Shown: positions 39,215-51,570, numbered from the stretch's first letter. The stretch: DNA of 64,000 nucleotides from a virus (IMGVR_UViG_2595698868_000001:215968-279967), one strand, 5' to 3'. Notes: generated from the sequence alone by a model not told the origin. A program made the numbers and translations.

Positions 39215-39594
39215 AGCGGCCCGGCCTCCCGCGCATCCGCTCCGGCAATGCCACGCCTGAAGAGGCCGGGCTGGAGATCATCGAACATCTCCAGTTGGGC
39301 CGTCCTGGGCATCTCTTCCTCTACGGAGCGCTGCGCGAGCAGACCATCCGCATTATCCGGGGACAAGTCGCCTACGGTGAATCCTGGGGCTGGCGTCAGA
39401 TCATGCGCGCGGTCCGTGATCAGTTTCAGCGCCGTGGTTCTGATTATGCCGGCCATATGGACGCCCTGCACGATTTGGTCGATTGGTCGATCCGGGAGCG
39501 TGAGCAATTGGATCGTTCCGGCCGTCTCGATCCCCTCGGCCGACCGGAGGTCCCGCCGGCGGCAGCCGGTCACGAGGCGCGGAGCGGCGAGTGA
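39211..39594 (+). CDS. hypothetical protein
   Basis: Coupled ORF; its 3' end overlaps triple-hairpin copy B. Confidence 0.55.
   Translation: MKRPGLPRIRSGNATPEEAGLEIIEHLQLGRPGHLFLYGALREQTIRIIRGQVAYGESWGWRQIMRAVRDQFQRRGSDYAGHMDALHDLVDWSIREREQLDRSGRLDPLGRPEVPPAAAGHEARSGE
39542..39594 (+). repeat. GNA-loop triple-hairpin element, copy B
   Basis: gacc-GGA-ggtc ccg ccggc-GGCA-gccgg tcacGAg g cgc-GGA-gcg g cGAgtga. Confidence 0.85.
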
Positions 39595-41375
39595 TGGGAC
39601 AGTTCAAAGGCATCTGGAATGGATTGGTCATCACGGTCGGACTGACCGCGATCGGCTGCATCCTGGCCCGCGTCATCGTGGACCCTTACGTCCGCTGGCT
39701 CGAACCGATCATCGCTGAATACGGCCCGGAAGTGGCCCTGCTAATTACCCTGGTGATCTCGGGCGCAGCACTGATCTTCCTCCTGATCGTCACCCACCTA
39801 TTTGGACGGAAACGCACATGACCAAAGAGACCCGCGTCGGCTTCATGTGCATGACCGACTTCGATGACGAGCTAGAGAACGCCGCCGGCGGCAACAAGGT
39901 CTATCCAAGCATGGAAGACCTGAAGAGCAATGCGTCGTGCTGGGACACCTGCGGCGTGGTCCGGGTGACGGTCACGAAGGAAGAGGTCGTCGTGCCTCAG
40001 AACCTGTTCCCGCGTCGAGCTTTTGAAGAAGGCTCAAACCTGTGACTGATCTGATCTCCCGCATCAACGCCCTCTCGAACGACGCGGTCTACATTGCGTC
40101 GCTGAAGGACTTCGGCGTCGTCATGATGGGCAAGCCTATCCTGATGGCGGCTGCGAACGAGCGCCAGCAGAAAGCGTTCGACGAACTTCTGGAGGCGGGC
40201 TTCGTCCATGGAGACGTGGAGCGCGGCATCTATGGGTACCGGTCGACCTTCGACGGCCGGGAGGCGCACCCGTACTGCATCGCGGCGCTGGCGGGGCATG
40301 TCGAATGAGCGAAGCGTCTGAAAACAAGGTGAACACCCTGGTGTGCTTCATCGGGATCGTGGTGTGCATCGTCTCGATGATCATTCTGGCTGGTCGACCT
40401 CTACCGACCCACTCGGAAACGCTAGACCGGAAACGCGATGGGTGCAGGGTCTATGTGACCCGATATAGCGACGGCACCGTGCAGACGACCGTCATCTCCT
40501 GCCCACAGGACGGCCAATGACCGAATTCCTCATCACCTGCCCGCACTGCGGCGGTGTCGTCCCGCCGGACGCCGAGAACAACGTCGATCTCGCGGCCGTC
40601 GAGGCGCTCGCGATGCAGCTTCACACGCGGACCGGGGCGGCGCCTAACTGGCATCAAGCAGAGCCGGATGATCGCGCGTACTGGCGTGGTGTGGCGCGCC
40701 GGCTGCTTGTCGAGGCGGCCGAGGAGATGACCGAGACCGATGATGACGATTGAGAAGGTCAAGGTCGGCGATCGCCTTCGTCTGCTACCGGACGATCAGC
40801 TTCCCGGCGACATAACTGAGCACGCGCTGTATCCCAACTCGACGCTCCGCATCCCGTTCAACTGGCCCCTCGTGGTTGCCGAGGTGAAGATGAGCGGAGG
40901 GCTTCAGATCGTCCGCGTGGAAGGTTCGTTCCGGGGTCTGGATAGCCGCCGGTTCGCGCCCGCGCTTATCCCTCTCCTGCGTGGTGATGAAGACCTGGAG
41001 CGCGATCGACAAGCACTGAAGGCTGAGTCCGCTTAGATGGGACGGCCCTACGATCACCAATACTACTGCGACACGGGGTCTCGCCACGGCGAGATGCGCT
41101 GTGGCGGTTGTGGTAAGCCAATCACCGAAGGCCCGTATCGCGTCTACAAGCGCAGCAAGGCCTTCGACTGGTACTACGTCACCTTCCACCGCGCCTGCTG
41201 CGAAGATGATCCGCAGTGGGCCAAGCTGGACGCCGCACGCGAAGCCTCACTAGTCCGAAACAACCAACTGTACGCGGCGGCCGTGCGCTTTCGCGACAAA
41301 TGGCAGGTCGATGATCTGGACGACCTGATCGAACGTCTTTCACCTCCTGCTGAAGAGTACCACGATGGGCTGTGA
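39591..41375 (+). other. small CDS cluster (39591-39821 TM, 39818-40045, 40042-40308, 40305-40520 TM, 40517-40753 Zn, 40740-41036, 41037-41375 Zn)
   Basis: Coupled ORFs. Confidence 0.55.
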
Positions 41376-42087
41376 CATCCACTTCTACGTTGAGCGTCGC
41401 GTCGACGGGGTCTGGCAGGCCGCCGACACATGGGTCGACGATGGCTATGGCGACAAGGGCGTTCCACGGCTTCACGTCCCTTATGAAGCCCAATACTACT
41501 CTGACCGCGATTACGAATTCTACGGCATCCTGGCCGGCGTGCGGCGCCCGCAAGCTGGCGAGCCTGTCGCTCACCGGGGCGTTCCTGAGGACGCCTGCCC
41601 CGAGTACAAAGCGCACGTCGAGCGCTGGGACTTCGATGGGCATTCCCACTCGCATTTCACGCTTGCGGAATTCTTCGAATACGACTGGACCCAGGAGGCC
41701 AAGTTCGAGGGATGGGTCCACCTCAATGAGTGGGTGCGTTGCCGAGACAATCCAGAAGGCCCCGATGCCTATTGTGGCGGCGTTGGCGGCGCGACAATCC
41801 GTCATCACACCATGGAGCAGTTCGAGGAGGCTTGGCAGGCGCTTTGCCGAGAAAAGGGATGGTCACCCGACTCGAAGCCGCGTTGGAAGATCGACCCCAA
41901 TGATCCGCTCGACCCTGTGAAGTCGCGCATGATCGCGCTGCTCGGCGGCGGCGATCCGTACTGCCACTTCCGGTGGTCAGTTCCGTACTACAAGTCGGCG
42001 CGTCGGTTCTGGAGCGACGTGATCCCCCGTCTGCTGCGCCTGGGCAAGCCGGAAGATGTCCGTTGCGTCTTCTTCTTCGACAACTGA
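41365..42087 (+). CDS. phage hypothetical protein (MGCDIH...FFFDN type)
   Basis: MGCDIH, RDY..YGILAGVR, HSHS. Confidence 0.75.
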   Translation: MGCDIHFYVERRVDGVWQAADTWVDDGYGDKGVPRLHVPYEAQYYSDRDYEFYGILAGVRRPQAGEPVAHRGVPEDACPEYKAHVERWDFDGHSHSHFTLAEFFEYDWTQEAKFEGWVHLNEWVRCRDNPEGPDAYCGGVGGATIRHHTMEQFEEAWQALCREKGWSPDSKPRWKIDPNDPLDPVKSRMIALLGGGDPYCHFRWSVPYYKSARRFWSDVIPRLLRLGKPEDVRCVFFFDN

Positions 42088-42390
42088 GGGTACAATGGGT
42101 TTCACCTGGATTTGCCCGGAATGCCAAGTGCTGAACGGACACACGATGGAGTGCTCCTGCCCGCCGGTCCCTTCGTATAGTGAGACGCAGGAGGCCAAGC
42201 GTCGCGCCGCCTCCGAACAACAGGCCGAACGCGATCGCCGCGAATCGATCAAATGCCGGGCGCTGGACGAGATCGACGACATCCGTGCGATCGTCGACAC
42301 CGACTTCGCGCGCAGCATGCTTGGGCGTCCTCAAGTCGAGGATATCAAGCGGAGCCTTGACAAGCTGGGCACCATCGTCACGGTGGAGCT

Positions 42391-42735
42391 ATGACCCAGA
42401 TCATGAAGCCGGCCGACCGGCACAAGTGGCTCCTCGACTACATCGCCGCCCTACCTCCGCAGGAGACGGTGGACGTCTGTAGCGCCGACTTTGTGAACGA
42501 CTACCTGGATGCGACCAAGGCGTCGGCCTACATTCAGCCATACGGCGCCCACCGCTGTCCGAGCCTGGGCCGCGACCTGTCAGCGCTCTACAAGCAGCGC
42601 CGGCTTAAGCGGGTGCGCAGCAGCATTGAAGGAATGGGCGGTATGGGCTTCCCGACCTGGGTCTGGTGCTACCAGTTGTCGACGATGGAACGCATGTTCC
42701 GCGAGAAGGGGCCTGAGGCCTTCCTGGAGTATTGA
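42391..42735 (+). CDS. hypothetical protein, winged-helix-like
   Basis: LGRDLSALYKQRRLKR. Confidence 0.6.
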   Translation: MTQIMKPADRHKWLLDYIAALPPQETVDVCSADFVNDYLDATKASAYIQPYGAHRCPSLGRDLSALYKQRRLKRVRSSIEGMGGMGFPTWVWCYQLSTMERMFREKGPEAFLEY

Positions 42736-43020
42736 GCCGATGATCCTCTACGAGAAGACATGGCGAAACAAAGAGCCGCGAGAGCACTCCATCTTCACGG
42801 CGATCTCCTCGGCCGTCACGCCCGACCCATACTCCTACGACAATGCGGGGCAGCGGGCGGACCAGACCGTCGACAAGCTGATCGAGATGTTCGCTCGGCT
42901 GGTGGAGGAGCTTCACACGGATGGGCAATTGACGAACGCTCAGGTCGTCAAGATCGTCGGTCGCGGATTCTTCGAGACGAAGGCGCAGGCCGAATGAGCA
43001 TCACGCCCGAGCCGTAAATT

Positions 43021-45450
43021 TCAAGGCCGGCTACGAAGCAGCGCAACGTTGATCATGTCGCGCGCCTCGGGCGAGAGGCGAAGCCACGCGGGCGACATCT
43101 GCACCTCGACCATGGCGGTCCTTGCTTCTTGAATCAGGTCCAGCAGAGCGATGAACGTCTCAGCCGTCGGGTAAGCCTGGGCCAGGGCGATGTCGGCCTT
43201 CTCGGATGCGTTGTGGGTGTCCAGCGTCTCCTGGGCAGCGTCGGTCAATGCAGCATCGCGAGCGCGGATCGCGAGCCACCTCAAGTTGCTGAGTTTTAGC
43301 GGCGTGGTCATGCGGGTTGTTCCCTGGCTAGACGTTCGATGTAGTCGCGCATCCCGGCGCTGCTGGCGTAGTGCCACGTCCAGGGCACCTGCTCGGGCCG
43401 GGCGCCGTTGAACCGGCAGAGCCACGCAAAGCCCTCCGGCGAATGCGGGAACTGTTCGGCCGACGGCTGGAAGCCGGTCATGCGGAAGCACGCGGCAACC
43501 TGCTCGGGCGTCAGGTTGGGATCGCGGACAGCCTTCAGCTTGACCTTGACCTCCTCGGCCTGCACGGGCGCCGGCGGCTCGATGTCGTAGCCGGCCTTGC
43601 GGAGCAGCTTGATCGCAGCGACGATTTCAGGCGTGGGCTTCGTCATCGCCTTCCTGTTCGACCACGTACTCAGCGATGTCGCACAGGCGGAAGAACCCGT
43701 GCCGGCGGATCGAGCGATCATCGGGCAGCGCGAACCAAATGCTGTTCGCGACGCTGATCATCTTGCGCGCGTCGCCGGCATCACGTGCGGCCTTCAGCGC
43801 TCCGAAAGCGCTCGGCTCGAACTTCTCCAAGTAGTAGCTGAAGTCGTTCAGGTAGTCCCTGAGGACGTCTTCATTGCTATCGAAGATCGAGAAGATGGCT
43901 TCGGTCACGAGACCACCTCGACGGTCACGCGCACCTTCTTGCCCACGAACTGGTTGAAGGTGATGTGCTCCTTCTTCTCGTCCCAGCTTTGCAGGCGGAC
44001 GAACATGCCATTCGGCTCGTGCGGGTTGTGCTCGAAGCCCTCGGCGATCAGGGCCATGCCCCCATCTTCCTTCTTGGGGTCCACGACCCCTTCCATCACG
44101 ACCTTCATCATGCCTCCTCCGGCTTAATCACGTGCCCGGCGTCGATGAACTCGCGCGCCGTCATGCCCTCGTATTCGTCGACCTCGCCCGGCTCCGGTCC
44201 GCTGTCGCAGCCCATGCCGATGCCTAGGCGCTTCGCGTACAGATCGCCCTCCGGCAGGCTGAGCGCGCCGCAACTGGACTTCCCGTCCGTCCAGACCAGG
44301 AGCCGGCAGGGCTCCCCGATCGGCGAGCCGTGCATCTGACCGATACCACACGGGATCGCGACACAGCAGACGCCGCAGCCCGTGCAGGGCGAGCCTTCGG
44401 CGGGCTTGCGATAGGTGTCCATCAGCAGTCCATCATGAGCGCGAGCGCCAGCGATGAGCCCTGATCCGCGCCGAGGCTGTAGCGACCACGCTTGTCGAAG
44501 GGTAAGGCCTGGGGATTGGCCCGGATGTCCCAGGCCAAGCCATCACGGCCGATGATTTTGACGTCCAAGTCATCGTCGAGGGCGGCGATGGCTTGACGCA
44601 GGTCTTTGATCTTCATTGCGGAGCCGCCTGCTTCAGCGCTTCCAGGCCGGCGGGCGTCATCTGGTACAGCATGTAGTAGTACCTACGCTCGCCACGGACC
44701 TGCTCGGACTGCTGAGCGCTGCGGAGCAGACCGCGCCGCACGAGGCCACTGAATAGGGCAGCCGAATAGCCGCTGGGACGTCGTGACCACTTCTGCTGCG
44801 CGTCTCCCGTATAGGAGCGCAGGTGAGACAGCGCCTGGATGTGCCGTTCGGTCAGCTTCACTTCGTGATCTCCGACAGGCGGTCTTCTTGCTCGGCGGCG
44901 AGTTGCTTCAAGCGATCCTTAAAGGGTCGCATAGCCTCCACCATGAGCCGCTCTACCTCCGCCTCGCGGGCGGCGATGTCCTGGAAGACTTCGATCGCGG
45001 CGAGGCGCGCGGCCTCGGCCTCCTGGCGCGTAGTGAAGCGGCCCTTGATCAAGTCCTTGAGGCCGCGCTGCTGCCCGACGCCGGACGAATAGGGACGCAT
45101 CCACGTCTTCTCGGTCTCCGAGATCATGTAGGTTACGGCCCAGCGTTCCGGCTGATCCCACCAACCTCCGTTGTGGAGCTTGTGCAGCACCCAGCAGACG
45201 TAGGCGCCCTTCGGGTCCGGACCGTCGTCGCGGAAATCCGGCATCTTCATGCGGCGGCCTCCAGGGCAAGGCGATCATGACCGTCCTGGGTCACGATCAG
45301 TCGGCGATGACCGGTCTCTCCGGTGCCGAGTTCGATGTAGCCGAGCGCGGCGAGATGACCCTGCTCGCGCTGGAATTGACAGGAGCACGGGCGCGGCTCG
45401 GCCGCGATCTGGCGCAGGGCTTTGAGCAAGGTGTTGACTTGCACCGCCAT
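43021..45450 (-). other. cluster of about 9 small coupled hypothetical CDS, including 44108-44422 (CxxCxxCC), 44613-44861 (wHTH-like) and 44858-45250
   Basis: Overlapping start/stop codons. Confidence 0.55.
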
Positions 45451-46307
45451 CAGCCTTGACCTTCTAGCAGGCCGAGCGCCCGATACACGACCAGCGCGGT
45501 GTCGCGCCGGCCCTGGTCGGGGTCGTCGTTCGGGTCCATGTAAGGACTCAGCGAAAGCAGAGCATGACGCAGGGCCGGATCGCGCCGCGCCGCCAGGATG
45601 TCGCCGAGCACCGTCCCCTTTTGATCCGTCGACAGACACAGGCCGCTCCAGTCGGGGATGCCGACCGAGGCGTCACCTCCGTCGAATTGCATGCCGACGT
45701 TAGCGAACGGCTTGTCGGATTCCCAGGCGTCAGGCCAGTCGGGCATGTCGTCGACAGGGCCGTGGACTTGCTTGATCGAGCCCAGCGCTTCCTGCACAAC
45801 GATGTCCGTCCGCAGCGCGTCGGTCCACAGGCGTTCGATTTCCTGACCTTCGGCGTCGAGGGCGATTTCGCGACGGACCGCGACCATGATCAGGACGCAG
45901 CCGGACTTGGTGTCCTCGACGGTCATCCCGTGCGTCTCTTCATGGTTGAACTCGTAGATGTCGCCCACCTTCGCTTCGACATGGGCGTCTCCCGCCTCGA
46001 TCACTGTACGTCCCGCCGGAAGGATGACCGGAATGACATAGGTGTTCGACTGAAAGACCTCGGGGTCGAGCAGATCGGTATGCGGCTCGGCGCCCTGGGC
46101 GGCCGAGAAGTACACGTAGTCGAGCCGCGCGCGGTCGATACCGATCCGATCGGCGATGTCTTGCAGCAGGTCGCCGGCGATGTCGGCGGTCAGCGTGTTT
46201 TTCTGGAACCGCGCCGGCGTGGTGGTCTTGTAGTTGAGCATCCGGATCGGCTCGGCGGCAGCGATCACAGCCTCGGGGATGTAGACGTTTCCGTGGAGCG
46301 TGATCAC
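45450..46307 (-). CDS. 2OG-Fe(II)/cupin-like N-terminal domain protein
   Basis: AEPHTD...FNHEETHG; GTG start coupled to the 46304 stop. Confidence 0.55.
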   Translation of the reverse strand: MITLHGNVYIPEAVIAAAEPIRMLNYKTTTPARFQKNTLTADIAGDLLQDIADRIGIDRARLDYVYFSAAQGAEPHTDLLDPEVFQSNTYVIPVILPAGRTVIEAGDAHVEAKVGDIYEFNHEETHGMTVEDTKSGCVLIMVAVRREIALDAEGQEIERLWTDALRTDIVVQEALGSIKQVHGPVDDMPDWPDAWESDKPFANVGMQFDGGDASVGIPDWSGLCLSTDQKGTVLGDILAARRDPALRHALLSLSPYMDPNDDPDQGRRDTALVVYRALGLLEGQG

Positions 46308-46555
46308 CAGCGTGGGTCCTTCTCTCCGGCCTTCATGGCGGTTTCGATGGTCGAGTAGCGGGCGACGTAGTCGATCACGCCCGAGTTGAGCTTCCGGTAC
46401 AGCACGAACGGGCGCGCCGCCGGCTGCATGGTCTTGGTCAGTTGATCTTGTACGATCTGGTAGCGCGGGTTCGCGGCGTTCCACGCGGCGATCTGCTCAC
46501 GGTACTTGTCGTAGGGATTGATGCGGGCCATCGGGGTCTCCTCTTGATCGTCACG

Positions 46556-46587
46556 GTTCTTGTAAAGAAACAACGTGACTGATGCAA
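46556..46587 (-). promoter_or_regulatory. class A promoter (TTGCAT -35, full TTCTT-N3-AAGAA palindrome); further copies end at 47991, 50047, 51570 and 54076
   Basis: Reverse complement reads tttccgcttgcat..gtttctttacaagaa. Confidence 0.75.
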
Positions 46588-47548
46588 GCGGAAATTTTCG
46601 CTAGTTCTGGTACCGCAGGTACGACAGCAGTTCGGCCCTCTGCTCGGGCGTTGCTTCGCCGGTCATGACGAGATGCGCCAGGACCGGCAGCACCGAAGCG
46701 GCGTCCGCCGGCATCTTCTGGACCGGCATCGGACCCTGGGCTCGCGCCGCGTCAAGCATACGATCAAACATGTCGGCGTTGATCGTGCCATAGAACATGC
46801 CGTGCGTGCGCAGGTTGTGCGCGACCGAATGGCTCATGCCTTCGATCAGCTTCAGGTTCTCGGGCTTCATGCGAGGCCTCGTTCCTTCTTGGTCAGCCGG
46901 CGCACGCGGTACACCATGCCCGATCCGCCCCAGCCGGCCGATGAAGGCATGTGACGCTCGGCGGCGATCTTGGTCTTGTGGCGCGAGATGACGCGACGAC
47001 CGGCGCGCTCGCCCGCAGTGATCACGACCTTCTCGACGCACCACTTGTGGCAGCTAGCCGACATTGCCTTCCTCCGTCAGCGCGGCGCGCAGCACATCGA
47101 CCGCACGAGCCAAGGAGTGTTCGGCGCCAGCGGCCGTGCCGCACGGCGGATAGAGAATGCCCAGGGCCTGCCGAACGGCGGCCTCCAGCGCAGCTTCGCG
47201 CGCCTCCGTGCCTTCCTTCCGAGCCGCCGCCAGCAGCGCGGCCGTGGCTTCGCTGACGCGAACGCCCGTGAAGAAGATGCGCAGCGGGCCGGGCACCACA
47301 TTGGTGATCAGGGCACGATCCTGCATGGTCAGGTCAACCATCAGGGTTCCTTTCGCACGTAGGTTCGGAGGTTACGCACTTCGCGGATGATCTGGGCGCA
47401 GTTCGGGCACGTGATCGTCTTGGACTTCGATGGCGTCCATTCATAGCCGTCGACGTCAGACGCCAGATCGAACGCGTCGCCGCACAGAGTGTGCTCGCCG
47501 CCGCTGACCGGGTTGACCACGTGGACGAGGCCTTCGGCTTCGACGAGT

Positions 47549-47935
47549 TCAGCCAATGAATTCCTCCAGGCCCAGCACATGGAAGAAATCCATGCGCAAT
47601 TTCGCCAGCACCACTTCCTCCGCTTCCTTGCGCACGTCGTCAGACAGCGGCTGACTGGTCAGCGCGCCGTGCTCGCCGTACCAATGTTCGGGCGTCGCGG
47701 TGTCGCTGTGCTGCACGGCCATATGGGCGATGACGTACCAGCGCATGTTGTTGTCCACATCCAGGCTGACGCCGTGGTAGTAATGCGTCGTCTCGCGCAG
47801 CCGCTTGTCCAGGCGCATCGCGGTGATGAACTTCGGAATGTCTTCTTCCGGGCCGCCGCCGTTGATGAACACGACCATCGCGGTGTGTTCGTCGTACGAG
47901 AGCGGATAGATCGGTTGCAGCAGGTCGAAGGACAT
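47549..47935 (-). CDS. hypothetical protein
   Basis: AGGAG RBS after the promoter. Confidence 0.65.
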   Translation of the reverse strand: MSFDLLQPIYPLSYDEHTAMVVFINGGGPEEDIPKFITAMRLDKRLRETTHYYHGVSLDVDNNMRWYVIAHMAVQHSDTATPEHWYGEHGALTSQPLSDDVRKEAEEVVLAKLRMDFFHVLGLEEFIG

Positions 47936-47974
47936 CAGGTTCTCCTAGTGATCGTCAAGCTTCGTGTAAAGAAA

Positions 47975-48361
47975 CTACCACGTTTCCGCAAGCGGAATCT
48001 TCGGCGTGCCTCGATAGTTCACCACGTTGCCGTAGTTGCGGCAGGTCACGAGCCGCTTGTCGCAGGACTCCCCCGGCGCTGGCTGATAGCCACACGATTG
48101 ATCGCCGAAGCGGGCCGGGCACAGGCCGTCGACCTGGAGCGGTTTGCGCGCGTCCACCGCCGCCATCGCTTCCTCGGCAGTCTTCCAGGACAGCAGGGCC
48201 GGCTCGCAGCGGACGCCACGTCCCGACGCTTTGCGGAGCGGCGTGCCGCCATCGTCGTTCGGCCCGGTGACGTAGGCGTTCCATCGGCCTCGCGCCGTCA
48301 TGGTCACGTTGGACCGGTCGGTGCGGTCGAAGCGATCGTCGGAGGTACGGGTCCAGGTCAC
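47975..48361 (-). CDS. hypothetical protein
   Basis: Cys-containing C-terminus. Confidence 0.55.
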   Translation of the reverse strand: MTWTRTSDDRFDRTDRSNVTMTARGRWNAYVTGPNDDGGTPLRKASGRGVRCEPALLSWKTAEEAMAAVDARKPLQVDGLCPARFGDQSCGYQPAPGESCDKRLVTCRNYGNVVNYRGTPKIPLAETW

Positions 48362-49038
48362 TTCAGCCGCGCCTCGCGTCGATCAAACTCAGCAGCGAGT
48401 TGCTCGGAAGTTTGAATGCCGTAGGCGATGTCGAGACGCTTGGATTCTTCATGGTTGGGTGCTGGTCGTTGCGAGAATGCCATCTGAGGCAGATCGTTCA
48501 GGCAGCCGGGTACCTTGATTCGACGAATCATCTTCATCGTTATTTCTCCAGAACATACCCAATTCGGACATTCATTATATCGGCAACCTCGAACGCGGCG
48601 CGGCTCGCCTGAGCTTCCGAGCCGTACACCTCGACCGGGAAGCTCTCGACTTCATAGTCGGTCGCCTCATCGTCCGGAAACCAGCGCGGCTGATAGTGCA
48701 GCATGACGAACCAGCGCCGCTTCGAGCCGCCGGCCCAATAGCGATCGCCGCGCGCGGCCTCGGGCGTCAGGGTCTGGATGACATCGGTCACGGCAGCACC
48801 ACCGGCGTCACGCGATGCGCCGGCAGACGCGTGATCTCGTCGCTGTAGGTGTCAACGCGGATGTCGTAGTGGGTCGGCTTAGCCGCCGGATCGACGCGCA
48901 GGAATTCCACCTCGAACGAGCCGGGTTGACGCAGGAAGTGCTCGGGTGAGTCATCCCCGTCTCGATAAACCCACGGATTGGGCTTACCCGTCATGATCCG
49001 GCGGCGCCAGCGCCACGCGTCGGGTTTAAGATCGCTCA

Positions 49039-49701
49039 TCATGATTCCCTTGTGCCGGCGGGCAGGAAGCCCTCGGCGGTGTCGGTCGGCTCGTGCTTGA
49101 GGCGGCCATAGTTGACGCAGAGGTCTTCGGGCGACATGAACTGGTTCATGACCTGGACGCGCTCGACGTCGAAGATCATGTCACGGAACTTACCGTCCTT
49201 GGCCGCGCAGGCGAAGCTGATCTCGTTGAACACCGTGTTGGCGGTGCTGCGGTCCGGAAGTGCGTACACCTTGTCGGCGATCTGCATCCACAGGACGTCG
49301 CGGCGCTTGTTCAGTACCTCCATCTCGGCCGCGACCTTCTCGCACTCGCGCAGGAATTCCTCGGTCAGGATGTCGCGAATCGGTGAGGTGAACCGAGCGA
49401 CCTGACGGGCGGTGCGATCGGGCTCGGGATAGGGAAACTTCGGGCCGGCGATGACCCTGACTGCGCCATCCGACCATGACCCGCTGATCACATCGACCTC
49501 ACGAGCTTCCTCCATTTTGCGGGCAGCCCGCATACCCAGCACGCCCAACCGATTTCGCTCCAGAATGGCGTGCGGTTTGACGTCAGGATTCCACGGCTGC
49601 GGCGGATGGCCTTCCTGGATACGCTGCTTCGTGATGTCCCACTGACGCAGCATCAGCGCGATAATCGCGATGCGGTTCTCGGCGACAGTCGTGTCCGTCA
49701 T
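49039..49701 (-). CDS. hypothetical protein
   Basis: 220-aa ORF with RBS. Confidence 0.65.
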   Translation of the reverse strand: MTDTTVAENRIAIIALMLRQWDITKQRIQEGHPPQPWNPDVKPHAILERNRLGVLGMRAARKMEEAREVDVISGSWSDGAVRVIAGPKFPYPEPDRTARQVARFTSPIRDILTEEFLRECEKVAAEMEVLNKRRDVLWMQIADKVYALPDRSTANTVFNEISFACAAKDGKFRDMIFDVERVQVMNQFMSPEDLCVNYGRLKHEPTDTAEGFLPAGTRES

Positions 49702-50371
49702 GGATCAGGCCTCCTTCGGGAAGTTCGGGCCGGCGAGCAGGTGGGCCTCGCCGTTCTCCAGGGCGCCTCCGGCGACGATGATCTCTCCAGCGTCGACCAT
49801 GCGTTTCGCGGCCGTGAAGGCGCGCGAGCCGTAGCTGTAGCGCGACAGCGACATCTCGGGCAGGCCGGTTGGGTTCCAGCGGGCGACCATGGCGGCCTGA
49901 CCCGTGCGCAGCAGGCGCTGAGCCGCCTCACCACCCTCACGCATGCGCTGGAGGATGTGTTCGCGATTCTGGGCGATCGTCATGAGCGGCATCCGGGTCT
50001 CCTTGCTTCGTCGGGATGGTTGTAAAGAAACATCCCGAGACGTGCAAGCGTTATTTTGTCGCCTTCAGGCGCTCATCGAGCGCATCCGACAAGCGATAGC
50101 GCTCCAGCAGGAGATGCGCCCGCATCTCGTCCAGGGTCTCGACGGCCTTGTCGATCTCGCGGATGCGGCCCACCTCGGGCGACCCGGATACGCGTCCGGC
50201 CGTTTTGATCGACATCAGGCCGAGGCCACAGAGCAGGGCTTGTCGTAGACCTTCACGGATGCTGAAATTGAAGCCCCGGAAGCGCGCTTCCGAGCGCTCG
50301 TAGTCCCAGCCTTCGACGGCCGCGTCGAGCATGGTGTCGGGGATGAGTGTGCGCATCGGAGCCCTCCTTGA

Positions 50372-50590
50372 TTAATCGACGATCGGAGCGTGCAGGATCG
50401 CATCCGGACGGAACAGCACGCCGTTCCGAGCGAACGCTTCGAAGACCGCCAGCAGAATGCTGGGCTCGGTCTCGCGGGCGCCGCGCTCATAGTCCGCGAT
50501 GGTCGAAGTTGCGCAGCCAATCTGCTTGGCCAGATCGTGCTGGGTCCAGCCCAGGAGGACGCGGGCAGCCTTGCACTGCGCGCGCTTCAT
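50372..50590 (-). CDS. XRE-family HTH transcriptional regulator
   Basis: MKRAQCKAARVLLGWTQHDLAKQIGCATSTIADYERG. Confidence 0.8.
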   Translation of the reverse strand: MKRAQCKAARVLLGWTQHDLAKQIGCATSTIADYERGARETEPSILLAVFEAFARNGVLFRPDAILHAPIVD

Positions 50591-51133
50591 CAGGCTTCCT
50601 TCTCCAGGGTGTCGAGGCAGGTTTCGATCGTCATGACCGCGAAGCGCTGCCCGGCCGACATGAACGTCTTGCCGTTGATGTCCGTCTTGACCACGGCGCC
50701 AGTGAAGGCGCGGCCCGACAACATCAGATCGCGCAGACGATAGGCGTACTGGTGATGCTCCGGACGAAATGCGTAGCTGGTGCCCTTCGGGCGGTCGACG
50801 CCCTTCCAGATCGGTTGTACCGACAGGCTGCCCGGCACGGGGAAGTCGCCCTGCTCCAGATCGACGCGGTCGAGCAGATGCAGATAAGGGCCGGCAGGCG
50901 GAGGAGGCGACGAAACGCGGTTCACGCTTCTTCTCCCGCAAGGTACGCGGTCACGGCGCGACGCGCGAGCTTGCGCACCGAGTGAACATAGCCCGCGAGG
51001 CGGTAGCCGGGTTCCTCAGCATCGGTACGTGCAGCAGCTTCTTGATAGGGATTGTCCTCCCCATCGAAGTTGCGGTAGCCGATGGCGTTCCAGAGTTCTT
51101 CGGCAGCGCGTTCGAGCGCCTTGTCGTTCAGGC

Positions 51134-51502
51134 TCATTGCTCGCGCTTCCAGACCAGCAGGCTCCAGGTGCTGACCTCGGGATCGTAGTCGCCCTGCTGC
51201 ATCGCGTGCGGCGACTCGGCATAGTCGAAGCCGCCCTCGACGTAGATTTCCGTCACCTCGGGGTGATGGGCCTCGATCGTCGCGATCAGGACGTCGAACT
51301 TCCACTTCGTCTTCCAGTCGTCGCCGGGGACCGACTCGACCAGAGGGCCGGCGCGCTCGCGGCCGTCGCTGGTCATGGCCCAGGTGCCGCGCGACTGATA
51401 GACGCCGCGCCGACCGACCGAGTGCCGGGCTTCGACCAGCGCAGCGGCGCGGGCTTCAGCGATCGCGGCGAGCATGTCAGCGTGGTTCGGGTAAAGCTTC
51501 AT
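51134..51502 (-). CDS. hypothetical protein
   Basis: AGGAGG RBS lies inside the anti-SD hairpin. Confidence 0.65.
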   Translation of the reverse strand: MKLYPNHADMLAAIAEARAAALVEARHSVGRRGVYQSRGTWAMTSDGRERAGPLVESVPGDDWKTKWKFDVLIATIEAHHPEVTEIYVEGGFDYAESPHAMQQGDYDPEVSTWSLLVWKREQ

Positions 51503-51507
51503 CGGGG

Positions 51508-51570
51508 CCTCCTGGGAGCGAGTAAGTGATCGTCCAGGAGGCTTGTAAAGAAACATCTATCGAAGCGCAA
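51508..51570 (-). promoter_or_regulatory. class A promoter plus anti-SD hairpin
   Basis: Reverse complement reads gtttctttacaa gcctcctgg-acgatcacttactcgctc-ccaggaggc. Confidence 0.8.
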
